From contig NZ_FNPC01000014.1 of assembly GCF_900107205.1 (NCBI RefSeq), forward strand, positions 1 to 40,000: a stretch of 40,000 nt of DNA. The letters are read 5' to 3'. The stretch's first letter is position 1. Each line of letters opens with the position of its first letter. Positions 17,010 to 28,200 of the stretch are shown here, piece by piece. The stretch is from Halopenitus persicus. GTDB taxonomy: Archaea > Halobacteriota > Halobacteria > Halobacteriales > Haloferacaceae. Position numbers and translations under genes: made by a program. The notes beneath the pieces are model-generated. The model was not told the origin of the DNA, did not search any database, and saw nothing but the letters and a program-made list of their open reading frames with translations.

Positions 17010-20000
17010 GTACGACAAGTTCGACCTCAACACGAATCCCTTCGAGCGAACGATTGCGAACGAAGAAACCGCTCGAACGTACCGTATTGTCGGCCGCGAC
17101 GACCAGGAAGCCCGACTTGAAGAGTTCGTCCAAGATGCTCTCCAGCATCCAGAGAATATGAGTCGGTCGCTGGTGTTTGGAGACTACGGTACTGGGAAGA
17201 GTCACCATCTCATCCAGCTCCGGGACGACCTGAAGGATGGGATCGAAATCGATGGTGCAACCCATCACGCAATCGGGGTCTACGTTGGCAACCTTGGGTT
17301 GAGTATCAGGTCGCTTTACATAGAGATCATCGAAGAGGTACTCGATTTCGCTCCGGAACTGGAGGATTTCGTAGAAGGACTGAAACCAGTGGAGCCGGAG
17401 TCAAGCGTCGAAGAGACGTTCGAGGTCGAGCAATTGATGAAGAACGTCGCTACGAACCTCCGAAAATTGTCCCAGGAGGCGACGACGGAGTATGATTACA
17501 ACAGTATCTTTATTTTTATCGACGAGGCTGAGGACATAGTCAATGCTGAGGAATCGAAAGTAAAAGACTTCGTCAGGTCGTTCCTCCACGTTGTTAACGA
17601 ACTGAGCGCAGCTCGAATCCACATCCTACTGGGTTTCTCACAGAAGGCGAAAACTCGCATTACGGGGTACGACGAGGAGGGAAGCCAACCGCTCGGGAAC
17701 GCACTCTTCCAGCGCTTCGCACAACGACAGGCGATTCAACTCGGTAACCTTCGAAAAGGGGATGTGGAAGAGATGTTGATCGATCGTCTTGATCAGCACC
17801 GCTCTACTAACAAGGGGAAACTCTACCCCATCGTCGAAGAGACGATCGGAGTAATAAAGTCTCTCACCAACGGGCATCCCCGAGAAATATTGTCAATATA
17901 CGCGTCTGCTCTCCAGTATGCCGCCGAGGCAGACCTGGACGCGGTCAACGGTGACGCCGTATTCTATGCGATTCGCGGGTTCGACTCGCTGGTCCGAGAT
18001 GAACAGATCCTTTCGACGACGTCCCTGAGCAATTTCGAGCAGGGTCTTCGGGACTTTGATACGGACGCGGCGAACGACTTCGAGAACCTTCGGGGTCGTC
18101 TTATTGGGGAAGATGCCCGTGTCCCGCAGGATGGGTTCACGACCGACCCGGAGGAGTTACTCCAGCCGATTTCGATAAGTAGCGATACGGATATCCGGGT
18201 TCTCGAACGTATCAACGAGGACGGGCGGTACTTCTATCAACTCCACGAAGAGGCGAAGGACTTCCTCTTTGGCTCGACCGGTGGCGAAGGAACTCTCATC
18301 GCCGACCTCGACATCCATGCGACGACTGCGCCAATAAAGTACCAATCATCTATGTCCCGTGGATTTGCACTCGCGTTACGGGAGGCCGACTACGCGACGA
18401 CGTTCCCCGATCCGGTCGGGGTCGAATACGAGGACTATCAACTCGAATCGTGGCTCGTCGAGTACCACGTTGGCGAGGGCTACCGGAGGCCCACGGTAGC
18501 ACTCGCGGTTTACAATGGACCGGAACTTCCGAAGGAAATCGCCGAGCTCTTCATCAAAACCATCGAGCAGAAGGGAGCTTCCTTCGGAATTCTACTCAAG
18601 CAGGGTCAGGGTAAATCGGCTGAACTGAACAAGTATCTGAGTGAGTTGGAGGGACTGAAGAGCGACTACTACAGGGAACGGGTCCTCCAGATCGACTTGA
18701 CGGAGAAGCAGCGCGAGGAGTCTGCGTATGGTAAACTTCTAGGTCTGGGCAAATCTGACGTGGAATTCGACGACGACGCGTTCGAAGTCGACGAACTCGT
18801 GGAGTCACTCGGCGTGAACGACCGGCTCGTCGAGGCGATTCAGGAGTCGGTACTCCCGTATCCGGGATCGATCGGACGACGCGTCATTGAGGAGATGGAG
18901 CGCAACCAGCAGAAGGACTTCACGATAACAGGCCTCCGCGAACAACTCGACCTCCAGCAGTACGACCTCCGCAGCGAGACGATGATCGGCTATCTGAAGC
19001 AGGGCCTGGTCTCAAAGGACGGTCAGAACTGGACGTACCCGGATGTCGAGGACGATCGGCCACCATGGTACCACGTCTATGCGATTCTGAAGGACAAGGA
19101 CCCGCTCACGCGCGACGAACTCCAGTTCGAAGTCGAACAGCGCTTCGTTCTCGGTTGCAACGAAGGCGAGGAAGCCGAGATGCTTCAGTGGTATCTCAAC
19201 CGACTCCGCATCGCTGGCTACGTCGAACAGGAGAAAGGTCCTGCCGGAGAGGGGATGAAATACGATGTCGTGAGTGTCGCAGATCAGGTCGACGAGACGG
19301 TTTTACAGGCGAGAGACCGATTGGAAGATGCGAGAGAGACCTACGAGGAAGCGCAGGAACTGAACATCACCGAACTGAACGAGTACAACAACCAGCTTGA
19401 CGATGTCGAAACAACGATTACCGACGTCGATGGGTCACTTAACCCGGATTCGGGCGATCTTTCTCGATTGAAAGATGCTCTCGGCAAAGCCGAGACGGTT
19501 CGTGACGAACTCCAAGATGAAATCGACGCAGGTCACGAGCAGTTGGAGGGCGAAGTAGAGAACCTCGCCATCCAGGCGGATGAACTCGAAGAGAGATTAG
19601 AGGAGATCAAGCAGGAGGAGGTCCACGTTGACGACTTCGATACCTGGCACGAAGAACTCTCCACACTGCTAGAGGATCTCCGAGAGCTCGTCGAGGACGA
19701 TGAGTATTCACTACTGGCCGACCGTGTGGAAGAGGTTGGAGAACGCCTCGATGAAATTGACGAGGAACTAGAGGAGATAGCCGGTGCGAAACAGCAGTGT
19801 GTCAAGGCGTATCAACACGCCCAGGATTTGAAAGAGGAAGCAGCCGATGCTATTGCGGACATCAGTACGGATAACGACCAGCAGGAGGTACTTCAGCAGG
19901 AACTCAACGGTTTCGAGGAGGTGTTAGAAGCTTACGATAAGTATTACAGCGCAACACAGTACAAAGAGGCCCTGACGTACCTCAACGATCACCTACCAGA

Positions 20001-20373
20001 ACTTGAGGACACCGCGGACCGTGCCCAGAAGATCTCTAGTCGACAGAACCGCTTGAACAACAACCTAGATAGTATCGAGTCCGACGTCAAGAAAGAGGGC
20101 GACGACGACCTGCTCGAACAGTTCCGTGACGCCCGTGAGAACGTGGCTCGCGGCCAGTTCGCTGAAGCCGAACAACAACTCGGGGACATCCAGGACAGAC
20201 TGGAGGGCCCAACACCCGAGGAACGGTTCAGAAATGCCGTCGAGGAACACGACGGGCGGTTATCGAAGGTCGTCGATGCGACCGATTTCAGTTGGGATGA
20301 GACGTTCAAATGGGCGTACCAGCTGTACAATAACGGTGAATTCAACGACATCCACCTGGTGAACGACAAATGA
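17002..20373 (+). CDS. large P-loop ATPase with an NPF N-terminus and a long acidic coiled-coil C-terminal region
   Basis: LNTNPFE; Walker A GDYGTGKSH (17179-17202); Walker B IFIFIDEAED (17512-17526). About 300 aa are E/D/L/Q-rich heptad-like sequence (roughly 19280-20180). 1123 aa. Confidence 0.85.
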   Translation: MSKYDKFDLNTNPFERTIANEETARTYRIVGRDDQEARLEEFVQDALQHPENMSRSLVFGDYGTGKSHHLIQLRDDLKDGIEIDGATHHAIGVYVGNLGLSIRSLYIEIIEEVLDFAPELEDFVEGLKPVEPESSVEETFEVEQLMKNVATNLRKLSQEATTEYDYNSIFIFIDEAEDIVNAEESKVKDFVRSFLHVVNELSAARIHILLGFSQKAKTRITGYDEEGSQPLGNALFQRFAQRQAIQLGNLRKGDVEEMLIDRLDQHRSTNKGKLYPIVEETIGVIKSLTNGHPREILSIYASALQYAAEADLDAVNGDAVFYAIRGFDSLVRDEQILSTTSLSNFEQGLRDFDTDAANDFENLRGRLIGEDARVPQDGFTTDPEELLQPISISSDTDIRVLERINEDGRYFYQLHEEAKDFLFGSTGGEGTLIADLDIHATTAPIKYQSSMSRGFALALREADYATTFPDPVGVEYEDYQLESWLVEYHVGEGYRRPTVALAVYNGPELPKEIAELFIKTIEQKGASFGILLKQGQGKSAELNKYLSELEGLKSDYYRERVLQIDLTEKQREESAYGKLLGLGKSDVEFDDDAFEVDELVESLGVNDRLVEAIQESVLPYPGSIGRRVIEEMERNQQKDFTITGLREQLDLQQYDLRSETMIGYLKQGLVSKDGQNWTYPDVEDDRPPWYHVYAILKDKDPLTRDELQFEVEQRFVLGCNEGEEAEMLQWYLNRLRIAGYVEQEKGPAGEGMKYDVVSVADQVDETVLQARDRLEDARETYEEAQELNITELNEYNNQLDDVETTITDVDGSLNPDSGDLSRLKDALGKAETVRDELQDEIDAGHEQLEGEVENLAIQADELEERLEEIKQEEVHVDDFDTWHEELSTLLEDLRELVEDDEYSLLADRVEEVGERLDEIDEELEEIAGAKQQCVKAYQHAQDLKEEAADAIADISTDNDQQEVLQQELNGFEEVLEAYDKYYSATQYKEALTYLNDHLPELEDTADRAQKISSRQNRLNNNLDSIESDVKKEGDDDLLEQFRDARENVARGQFAEAEQQLGDIQDRLEGPTPEERFRNAVEEHDGRLSKVVDATDFSWDETFKWAYQLYNNGEFNDIHLVNDK

Positions 20374-23105
20374 GCCGAACACAGATGGACGGCCGGGACG
20401 ACCTCAAGACCCTCCAGGCCGTCTGGAACCAACTCCCCCAAGAGTTCAAGACGGAGTTGCAGCAGCGGCTGCTTAGGGCAATCGACGACCGCTGCAAGCG
20501 ACAGATCAACTCCGGCAACTACGACGCCACCGTGGCGCTCGGGGAACTGTACGAGGACTTCGTCGGTACCATAGCCGATGACGACCGGTTCTCTGACGCG
20601 GTCCCGCGCAAGGTCGGAGAGGACCACGCGAGCCACCTCGTCTTCCAGCGTCTCGTTGACGAACTCGAAGGGCGGAACACGATTTTGTACGTCTACGACC
20701 GCCAACGTGTCCGGAGCCGTGTCGCAGAAGTTACGCGGTACTTCGCGTTGCTACGGCAGCGATTCGTCGGTGAGGAGTACGACTTCACTCCGAGCCTAAC
20801 GAAGATGGTGAAGATGGACATTCAGTCCCGGGAGAAGCCGAAGTGGGGAGAGGACGGGAAGCGTATCAACTCCATCGTCCGCGACATCTACCAAGAGGTC
20901 AAAATCTCCGAACCGGCCGCTGAGTTCCAAGAGGCATTCGACTCCACCGGCGACTGGCAGGATGCCATAGAAACGTCACTGACGCTGGTCAGAGAGCTCT
21001 GCCACGAACTGGGGATGAAAGGACTCGCCAAATACCAGGGCCGTGCCTTCGAGCGGCTCTACCTCCAGAGCGTCACCGACGACAACGACGGAACAGCTCG
21101 CGTTGTCACCGCTAGTACTGGGGGCGGCAAGACAGAAGCGTTCCTGTTTCCCCTACTCACATATGCCTTGACCGCGTCACAGGCGAATCTGAACGGAGCG
21201 CGAGCCCTGCTGGCATATCCACGTACCGACCTCTGTGACAACCAATTCGAGCGAGTGGTTCACTATCTCTACACCATCGGCGAACTCATCGAGGACGACG
21301 AGTCATCACCATTCAACCAGTTCCCACTCTCGGTGAATCTGCAACACAGCAGCAGCGGGAAAGTCGAGATAGACTGTCCGGAGTGTGGCGGCCGGATGTC
21401 GGCGGAGGAGGACTTCGAGTGCTCTGAAAACCCAGATCACGTCATTGACTACGTCTCCACCGGAAACCGGGCTCAGGCTGATATCTTCATCACAACGCCG
21501 GACACTCTCCATCGACGACTTATGGACCCGTACGGGCAGAACCAGTTCTGGAAGCGAGGCTACCCGCCGAAGTTCGTCGTCCTCGATGAGGTCCACGTCT
21601 ACACCGACCAGTACGGGATGCACGTTGCTAACCTGATGCGTCGGCTGAAGGCGACGATGAGGGCAGTCGCAGAAGAACAGGATCCCGTTCTCGTGGCATC
21701 GAGTGCGACGATTTCGAACGCCGAAGACTTCACCAAGCGAATTTTCGACGCTCCCCGTGCAGAGCAGATCAAACCGTACTCGAAGAAAGACATCGAGGAG
21801 ATGGACGAGAGCCGTAGCGAGGGCCTCGAACCGGAACTTGAGGAGATTGGCTGGGAGTACCTCGTCTTCGTCAAATCGACGGAGCCCAGAACCGTCCAGA
21901 TTCCACAGGGCGACGACGTTTACAAGCCTCGCTCCGAGTGGGAGGAGTTCGACGAGACGAACGTGACCAACCTTTCGACGATGATCCAGGTCGCGTTTGC
22001 GTTCTACCACACGATCCTGAAGGAGCGACCCGAAGATGACGACACGAAGGACAAGATCCTCGGCTTCGTCGATTCGATCGACTCCGTCAAACGCCTAGGC
22101 GACTACATCCACGACGCCGAGGGAGCTGGAGGAAACGATGACGCCGGGCTCTACTCACTCAGGAAGCCAGACGCCTTCCTCCCTGAAACAGAACAAACGA
22201 ACCCCGACTGTCCGAAAGACCTGTTCAGAGGGTCGGCAGCCGACCACGAGACCGCAGTATGTGAACCACTCCCTCCGAATCCAGAACTGAACCCCTGTCC
22301 AGTGTACGAGGCCGGTGAGTGCTGGTGGACGCTGCAGGACGACTTTCTCGAATCGATGGATGTCTATCTGCATAAGAGCGGTCGGACTGAAACTCCCGAC
22401 GGAAGCCGTGTCAACGACGACGAGTGGGATATGATGGTCACGACCAGCGCGTTAGAGGTTGGGTTCGACCATCCGAGTATCATCGGGACATTCCAGTACC
22501 GGGCGCCAATGAACATCCCCGGTTTCGTCCAGCGGAAAGGTCGTGGCGGACGGGACCCGGGCGATCAACCGGTTTCGGTCGTCGTCCTCGGGACGTTCCC
22601 GGAGGATTCGTTCTACTTCCACCACGAAGAGCTCTTGAGCAATCCGAGCGACGAATACCTGAAGATTTCACTTGACGAGGAGAACGAGTTCGTTAGGACC
22701 CAGCACGTCGTCTCAGCGATCTTCGATTACGTCAACGTTCGGCATCAGGACGTCTCGGACGAGATCTACAGGCGATTGGAGATACCGGAGTTGATTCGCA
22801 TCCTTGAGGACGACCGTGACGAGATAGAGAGGTGGCTAGATGAAGCGTTCCAATCGGCGGACCCCGACTTCCTTGAGGGGGTCCTAGACGACCTGACTGA
22901 TTACGTCGGGCTGACCGAGATGGCGCTGGCTCCGCACGACCAGTTGGAGGAGGCCGGTGGATTCGAGAAGTTCTGGGAAGCGCTTCGGATCGAATCCGGT
23001 ACGAAGTCGAAGCAGATTGAACGAGAGAAAGAACAGTTGCAGAAGCTCCTGACGCAGTTCGAGATACTTCAGGGTGTGAATGCGGCCGGAGGTACTGACG
23101 AATGA
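20370..23105 (+). CDS. DEAD/DEAH-box (DEVH) SF2 helicase, YprA/MrfA/DrmA-like
   Basis: Motif I ASTGGGKTEAF (21111-21134); motif II VVLDEVHVY (DEVH at 21585-21596); motif III SSATISN; motif V TTSALEVGFD; motif VI QRKGRGGR (22530-22553), followed by VVVLGTFPEDSFYFHH. A zinc-ribbon insert CPECG...C..NPDH lies at 21375-21440. ATGA overlaps at both ends. Confidence 0.9.
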   Translation: MSRTQMDGRDDLKTLQAVWNQLPQEFKTELQQRLLRAIDDRCKRQINSGNYDATVALGELYEDFVGTIADDDRFSDAVPRKVGEDHASHLVFQRLVDELEGRNTILYVYDRQRVRSRVAEVTRYFALLRQRFVGEEYDFTPSLTKMVKMDIQSREKPKWGEDGKRINSIVRDIYQEVKISEPAAEFQEAFDSTGDWQDAIETSLTLVRELCHELGMKGLAKYQGRAFERLYLQSVTDDNDGTARVVTASTGGGKTEAFLFPLLTYALTASQANLNGARALLAYPRTDLCDNQFERVVHYLYTIGELIEDDESSPFNQFPLSVNLQHSSSGKVEIDCPECGGRMSAEEDFECSENPDHVIDYVSTGNRAQADIFITTPDTLHRRLMDPYGQNQFWKRGYPPKFVVLDEVHVYTDQYGMHVANLMRRLKATMRAVAEEQDPVLVASSATISNAEDFTKRIFDAPRAEQIKPYSKKDIEEMDESRSEGLEPELEEIGWEYLVFVKSTEPRTVQIPQGDDVYKPRSEWEEFDETNVTNLSTMIQVAFAFYHTILKERPEDDDTKDKILGFVDSIDSVKRLGDYIHDAEGAGGNDDAGLYSLRKPDAFLPETEQTNPDCPKDLFRGSAADHETAVCEPLPPNPELNPCPVYEAGECWWTLQDDFLESMDVYLHKSGRTETPDGSRVNDDEWDMMVTTSALEVGFDHPSIIGTFQYRAPMNIPGFVQRKGRGGRDPGDQPVSVVVLGTFPEDSFYFHHEELLSNPSDEYLKISLDEENEFVRTQHVVSAIFDYVNVRHQDVSDEIYRRLEIPELIRILEDDRDEIERWLDEAFQSADPDFLEGVLDDLTDYVGLTEMALAPHDQLEEAGGFEKFWEALRIESGTKSKQIEREKEQLQKLLTQFEILQGVNAAGGTDE

Positions 23106-25207
23106 GTGGGGACGAGAAAAAACGGCATCAGCGGAAACTGGGTGACAGAATCAAATCCATCGTTCGGTTCTACGACGATCTCGCAGAGCGAACCAGATAC
23201 GGGCCTGTTCAGCCCTACTGCCACGTTCCAGACCTGTTCGAGGTGGACCCCGAAGCGGAACGCCCCCTCACAGTTCCTGGGACGTTCATCTCCGAGCAGG
23301 TCGGCGGCAACATCCCCGTCACAGCAGACGAGGGGGGGCTGCTCGACTCGGAGCCCCTCGACCTGATGCTCTCGTACTACCTCCCTGGTGGTTACAAACG
23401 GCGATGGGACTTCGAGATGTGGACCGGAGACTTCGCTGCCTCGCAACGCGACGGCTACGTGGACGTCACGTCTGGCTTCGAGTTCCGCCAGGACTACCCT
23501 CTCGAAGAGGTGCTCTCTTTGACGGACTCGGAGGAGTACACACCGTTCGGGTACGAAACGGACGAGGTCGGTCTCTATGTACCCGAGGAGATCTACGTAA
23601 AGCAGCCAGCGTCCCCGCGTTACTTCTTCGACACCGTTCACAAGCACGTACTGAACTACAATCCCGACACCGTTCCAGACGAAGACGTTATCGACCTCGG
23701 AATGAGCGACCCGAGCTCGAACTTTCTCTGGTTCAAACACCTTCACCGACTCGGTGGAGACATCGAAAGATTCGACATCGAGGAGGAGGGCGAACTGTTC
23801 AGTCGGATCGTCTTCTCCGACGAGTCCGTCTTCCTGAAGTGTTACTACGCGACGGTCCTCACTTTGTATCGGCAGGACCAGCGGACATTCTCCGATGTCG
23901 TCCGGTACTTCAATGACCGTAGCGGTCGGGTCGCCTTCGTGACGAGTGAGGAGAAGAGCCAGGTGCTCCTCTTCGACATTCCTCGTGAATGGGTCGAAAA
24001 ATCGGTCAGTAGGCAACTGGACTCGAACGAGTCACTGCGGCGTGACCTCGGGTTCGCACAACTGTATCGGGAGCTCTGGGACGACCTCTTCTTCACCGAC
24101 CGGACGATACAGAACGTCTACGGCGTCGATCCAGTCTTCCGATCCCTTCAGGCTGCGGACTACTGGATTCGGACCTCAGACGAGAGTCCCAATTCTGTGT
24201 TCGAGGCATCGGTCAACGAGATTTGCGGAGTTCTCGACAAGGTAATTCCGGAATCAGGTCCGAGCAGACTTCGGCTGATGGGATACGACAGCGACCAGCG
24301 CGAGGATCTGAAGGATCTTTTCCGGGACAACTCGGAAGAACTACGCGAGGTTCTGGAGAACTGTGCGTCGATAGAAAACCAGCGGACGTTCACCGAGCAG
24401 GTCCTCGTTCACTCCCTGCAGAACGCCGTCGCAGGATGGGCCGTGGCGGCGGGACTTGGCGGAAGCGACTTCGAAACCTGGTACGACGCGAACTACCAGA
24501 GCAAGGACATCGACGTCGTACAGTTAGCGCTCTACGACACGATTCAGGGCGGCGCCGGGACGAGCAAAGAGGTCTTCAAACGGCTCAAGGATGGATCACT
24601 CGACATCTCCGGCCCGCTCTCTAACCAGTGTTCCTGCCACATCTCGCTCGCGGAGGACCTCGTGCTCTCGCTGCTCGCCGAGCGCGACGCGTCCGTTCTC
24701 TACGACATCTACACGCAGGGCGACGGCGAAGACGACGAGATTCAGCGGGATCTCTTCGACCTCGCAGTCGCTACCGCGTCAGATATCGACAGAGCCAAGC
24801 TCGTTGACGAGGAGGAGGTCATCACCGTATTCAATCGTCGGATTGCCTCGCTGTACGAGACGAAAGAACTTGCACGCTTCTACGGCGCGGTCGCCCGGGC
24901 GTACCACCGCATAGCGTCCGAACTGAATCGGACACCGACTGCGATGGACGTTGTCCTCGGTCTCGAAGAAGAGACGTTTATCGATTCCCGGGTGAGAAAC
25001 ACCTACGAACGGTTCGCCAACCGTGGCTCCCAGCGTAGGGACCTGAGCGAACTTGCCGACCGCGTCGAGGAGATCACAAAGCAGTGCATCAGAGCCTGTC
25101 CGGACTGTCTCGAACGACAGGACTCTATGTACGCGTATCGCTACCAGAACCAGATGCTCGACAAACGCCTCTTGCAGGCGTCGCTTTCCGAGGTGATTGA
25201 AGTATGA
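23102..25207 (+). CDS. DUF1998 (MrfA Zn-binding, DrmB-like) domain protein
   Basis: The C-terminal third contains HSLQNAV...LALYDTIQGGAGTS (24530-24559) and Cys pairs C510-x-C512 and CIRACPDCL (25085-25108), followed by NQMLDKRLL. This matches the DUF1998 pattern. The N-terminal ~470 aa are unassigned. Confidence 0.7.
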   Translation: MSGDEKKRHQRKLGDRIKSIVRFYDDLAERTRYGPVQPYCHVPDLFEVDPEAERPLTVPGTFISEQVGGNIPVTADEGGLLDSEPLDLMLSYYLPGGYKRRWDFEMWTGDFAASQRDGYVDVTSGFEFRQDYPLEEVLSLTDSEEYTPFGYETDEVGLYVPEEIYVKQPASPRYFFDTVHKHVLNYNPDTVPDEDVIDLGMSDPSSNFLWFKHLHRLGGDIERFDIEEEGELFSRIVFSDESVFLKCYYATVLTLYRQDQRTFSDVVRYFNDRSGRVAFVTSEEKSQVLLFDIPREWVEKSVSRQLDSNESLRRDLGFAQLYRELWDDLFFTDRTIQNVYGVDPVFRSLQAADYWIRTSDESPNSVFEASVNEICGVLDKVIPESGPSRLRLMGYDSDQREDLKDLFRDNSEELREVLENCASIENQRTFTEQVLVHSLQNAVAGWAVAAGLGGSDFETWYDANYQSKDIDVVQLALYDTIQGGAGTSKEVFKRLKDGSLDISGPLSNQCSCHISLAEDLVLSLLAERDASVLYDIYTQGDGEDDEIQRDLFDLAVATASDIDRAKLVDEEEVITVFNRRIASLYETKELARFYGAVARAYHRIASELNRTPTAMDVVLGLEEETFIDSRVRNTYERFANRGSQRRDLSELADRVEEITKQCIRACPDCLERQDSMYAYRYQNQMLDKRLLQASLSEVIEV

Positions 25208-28200
25208 TTGTCTCGCTGTACGACGTCGTCCACAACGCCGAGAAGTACGCAATAACAGACCTTTCCAAGGAAGAGCAAGCGTTCAAGGATAAGGAACTCA
25301 CCGTCCGATGTGAAGTCACCGGGATTCCATCGACCGGAACTGCAGGGGGTGAGAAGACTCTCTACCCGGTCGACGACCCGACGACTCAGCTCCAAGACGA
25401 AGTACTGCTATCATTCTGGCACGAGGACTCCAACTGGGGCCGGCTTGAGGAGACCGACAACGCGGTTCAGACCTTCGTCGACACGTCGCCGCTCCAGCGT
25501 GGGGAGGAGTTGCTCGTGCGGGCGATTCCTGTCCATCGAGAGGGCAAGTGGTACCTCAACGTGACGTCGCTGTTCGTCCGCAACCCTGACATAACCATTG
25601 GGAAGAGCGAGATGCGGTCGGCCAACGAATGTCCCCGAATCTACGACCTACGATACCGGAAGAACGTTTTCAACCCGAACCGGTACGACATCTCGAAGGG
25701 CGCCGTCAAGGGCAGCATCGCTCACCGGGCACTGGAACGCGCGATAGACGACTCCGAGTTCGCCGCGAACTTCGAGTCGGGATGGACGGACGACGATGTC
25801 GAGGAACTCATGGACGCCGTCGTGGATGAGAGCTTCTCGATGGAGATGACGCTGTGCCGCCTCGCCTGGGTGAGCCCCAACGACATCAAGGAGTTTGCCG
25901 AAAACTCGGTTCTCAACCTTCTCCAGGACGCTGGGTTCACGAAACTCGTTCGGGGAACCGAAACCCTGGAAACTGAACGAACGATCGCCGACTCGTACGG
26001 CTTGAACGGCCGCGTCGACCTGATGATCGACGGTAGTCCGCTCGACCTCAAGACGAACTTCTTCCTCGAAGACGGGATGAAACAGCGGCACAGGTTCCAA
26101 CTTCGCCTGTACTTATTCGGGGTCCTGCTGGAGAACCTGGACCAGGGAATGAATCTCGGCAAGGTGTTGGACGAACTCCCGCCGGGCGTGATTATCTACC
26201 CCAATCTGCAAGATGAGTCGGAACCGGTGTACGAACGGGTAGAACTAGAGCACCACCACATCGAGGAGATCATGCAACTCCGGAACCAGGCGGCGACGCT
26301 CCGGGATTCCTTCGCCGTGCCGACGACGTATGACAGGGACTGTTCTGGCTGCTACTTTAAGGACGAAGACACGATCGGTAGCGGTGCAGGCGCAGGCCAG
26401 AGGCTGCCGTCCGCCTGCAAGTTCCACTGCCAGTCGGAACGCCGGTGGGCCTGCCACGAAACGAACGACGAGGGCGAGGTGAAGACCGAGTGTCCCTTGT
26501 ATCACGAGTGCGACCAGCGCCTGGAGTACCGCAATCCGAGCGTCACGGACCACTATAACCAGCTTAGGTCGGCTCTCCAGGATGAGAAGCGAGCCAGGAA
26601 GGATGCCGGCAAGACGATGGCCCGGATGACTGACGAGGTCCTAGAGAACGCAGGGATGCAGCTTTCCGGGCTTTCCTTCGAGGAGGAACTCTCAACCCGG
26701 CGGATGCTCTATTCCGGCGAGTCGGTTCGCCTGTTCGAACCCGGGACCCCAGTACGAATCGTCCCAGAAGACGAAGATACACACATCGTGGCGACCTACT
26801 GTGGTACCCAGGAAGGGGGTTATGTCTTCGAGTTCGACGGGTCGCCCCCGACTGACTTCAAACGGTTCAATGTCACGTACCGAGCCACGAGAGCGGTCGA
26901 ATCGACGTCGCTCCCTCGCCGATTGCTCTCGGAGCTCGATTACGCACAACGGATCGGAATCGACCCCCGTCTCCGAGAGTCAGGAGAGATCTCCCCAAGT
27001 CCGGAGCGAATTGCTCCTGACGCAGTCGAAAAGATTGCGGACTACCTAGACAACCGGCAGGTATTCGTTAACCTCCCGGCGCGAGTCAGTCGCTCCGAGA
27101 AACTCACCCAACTCGTTCGTGAGGTCACGCAGTCCCCTCTCCAGTCGCTTGACGGAGACTGGGTGCCTGACGACGACCGCCGGGTGCTCGTGCTCGGGGC
27201 TCGGCTCCCCGAGCTAGACTCCGTGGCCGACCATCTTGTCGACGGAGATGATATCATCCGTGTCGACGGATTCGGTGACGCGAAGAACGCATACGGCCCG
27301 ACCAGCAACTCGCACAGGCTCTACGAAGCAATTCGGGACTCCAACGTCATCGTCTCCTCGGCCCAGTACGCGCTGCAGGAAGGTGTCTTCCATTCGATGA
27401 CATCGGGTGATGAATCGGCTCGGCCTCATTCGAGCCGCTTCTTCGATGCAATCGTGATACTTGGTGCTGAGACCCTGACGGAACCCGAGTACGTCTTCCT
27501 CCGTGACCTCGCCGACCGAACTGTCGCCGTCGGAGAAGTCAACCGGGAGAGTCCCGAGATGGTCAGCGAAGAGGCTCGGGAGAAGGGACTCGCTGAGTCC
27601 TACTACGTTAACGCGTACAAGCGCTTCAGCACGATTTCGAGTGAATCTGCCGAGTCGATTTTCATCGAGGGGGAGGCCTCGACGCCAGTCGCCGAGTTCT
27701 TCAAACCGCTGGACATCGAGCTTGATGGGATCGGCGGCTCCGCGTCGTTCCACCACGTCTCGGGAGAGGAGCAACGAGCAGAGGAATATATGACTATTGA
27801 GCGGCGAATTCATACGGTAGGCGAGACCGACGAGCCACGGGATATCCTCCTCAAAGCGCTCGATCGAGGTGACGCTCTTTACGTCGCGTCCCAACTCGAC
27901 GATCTGAACGCACTCGATGCAACCGACCTCAGAGTGGGACAGACCTACACGTTCGGCGAGGCCCGGTTCCGAGTCGAAAACAATGACGTCGCCCCCGACC
28001 GCGATATGGGCCACGTGGTCACCGTCGACATCAACCTCTCCCAGACGCCATACTTCACCCGGCGACTCATCTTGAACCCGCTGGAAGCGCAGGAAGTCGC
28101 TAATCTCACAGCCGAACAGGAGCCTTCGCTCGTCGTCACTCCCTTCGAAGCGCAAGCCGTATCCATCAGCACGGAACTGGAGGACCGAGGGATTGACGTG

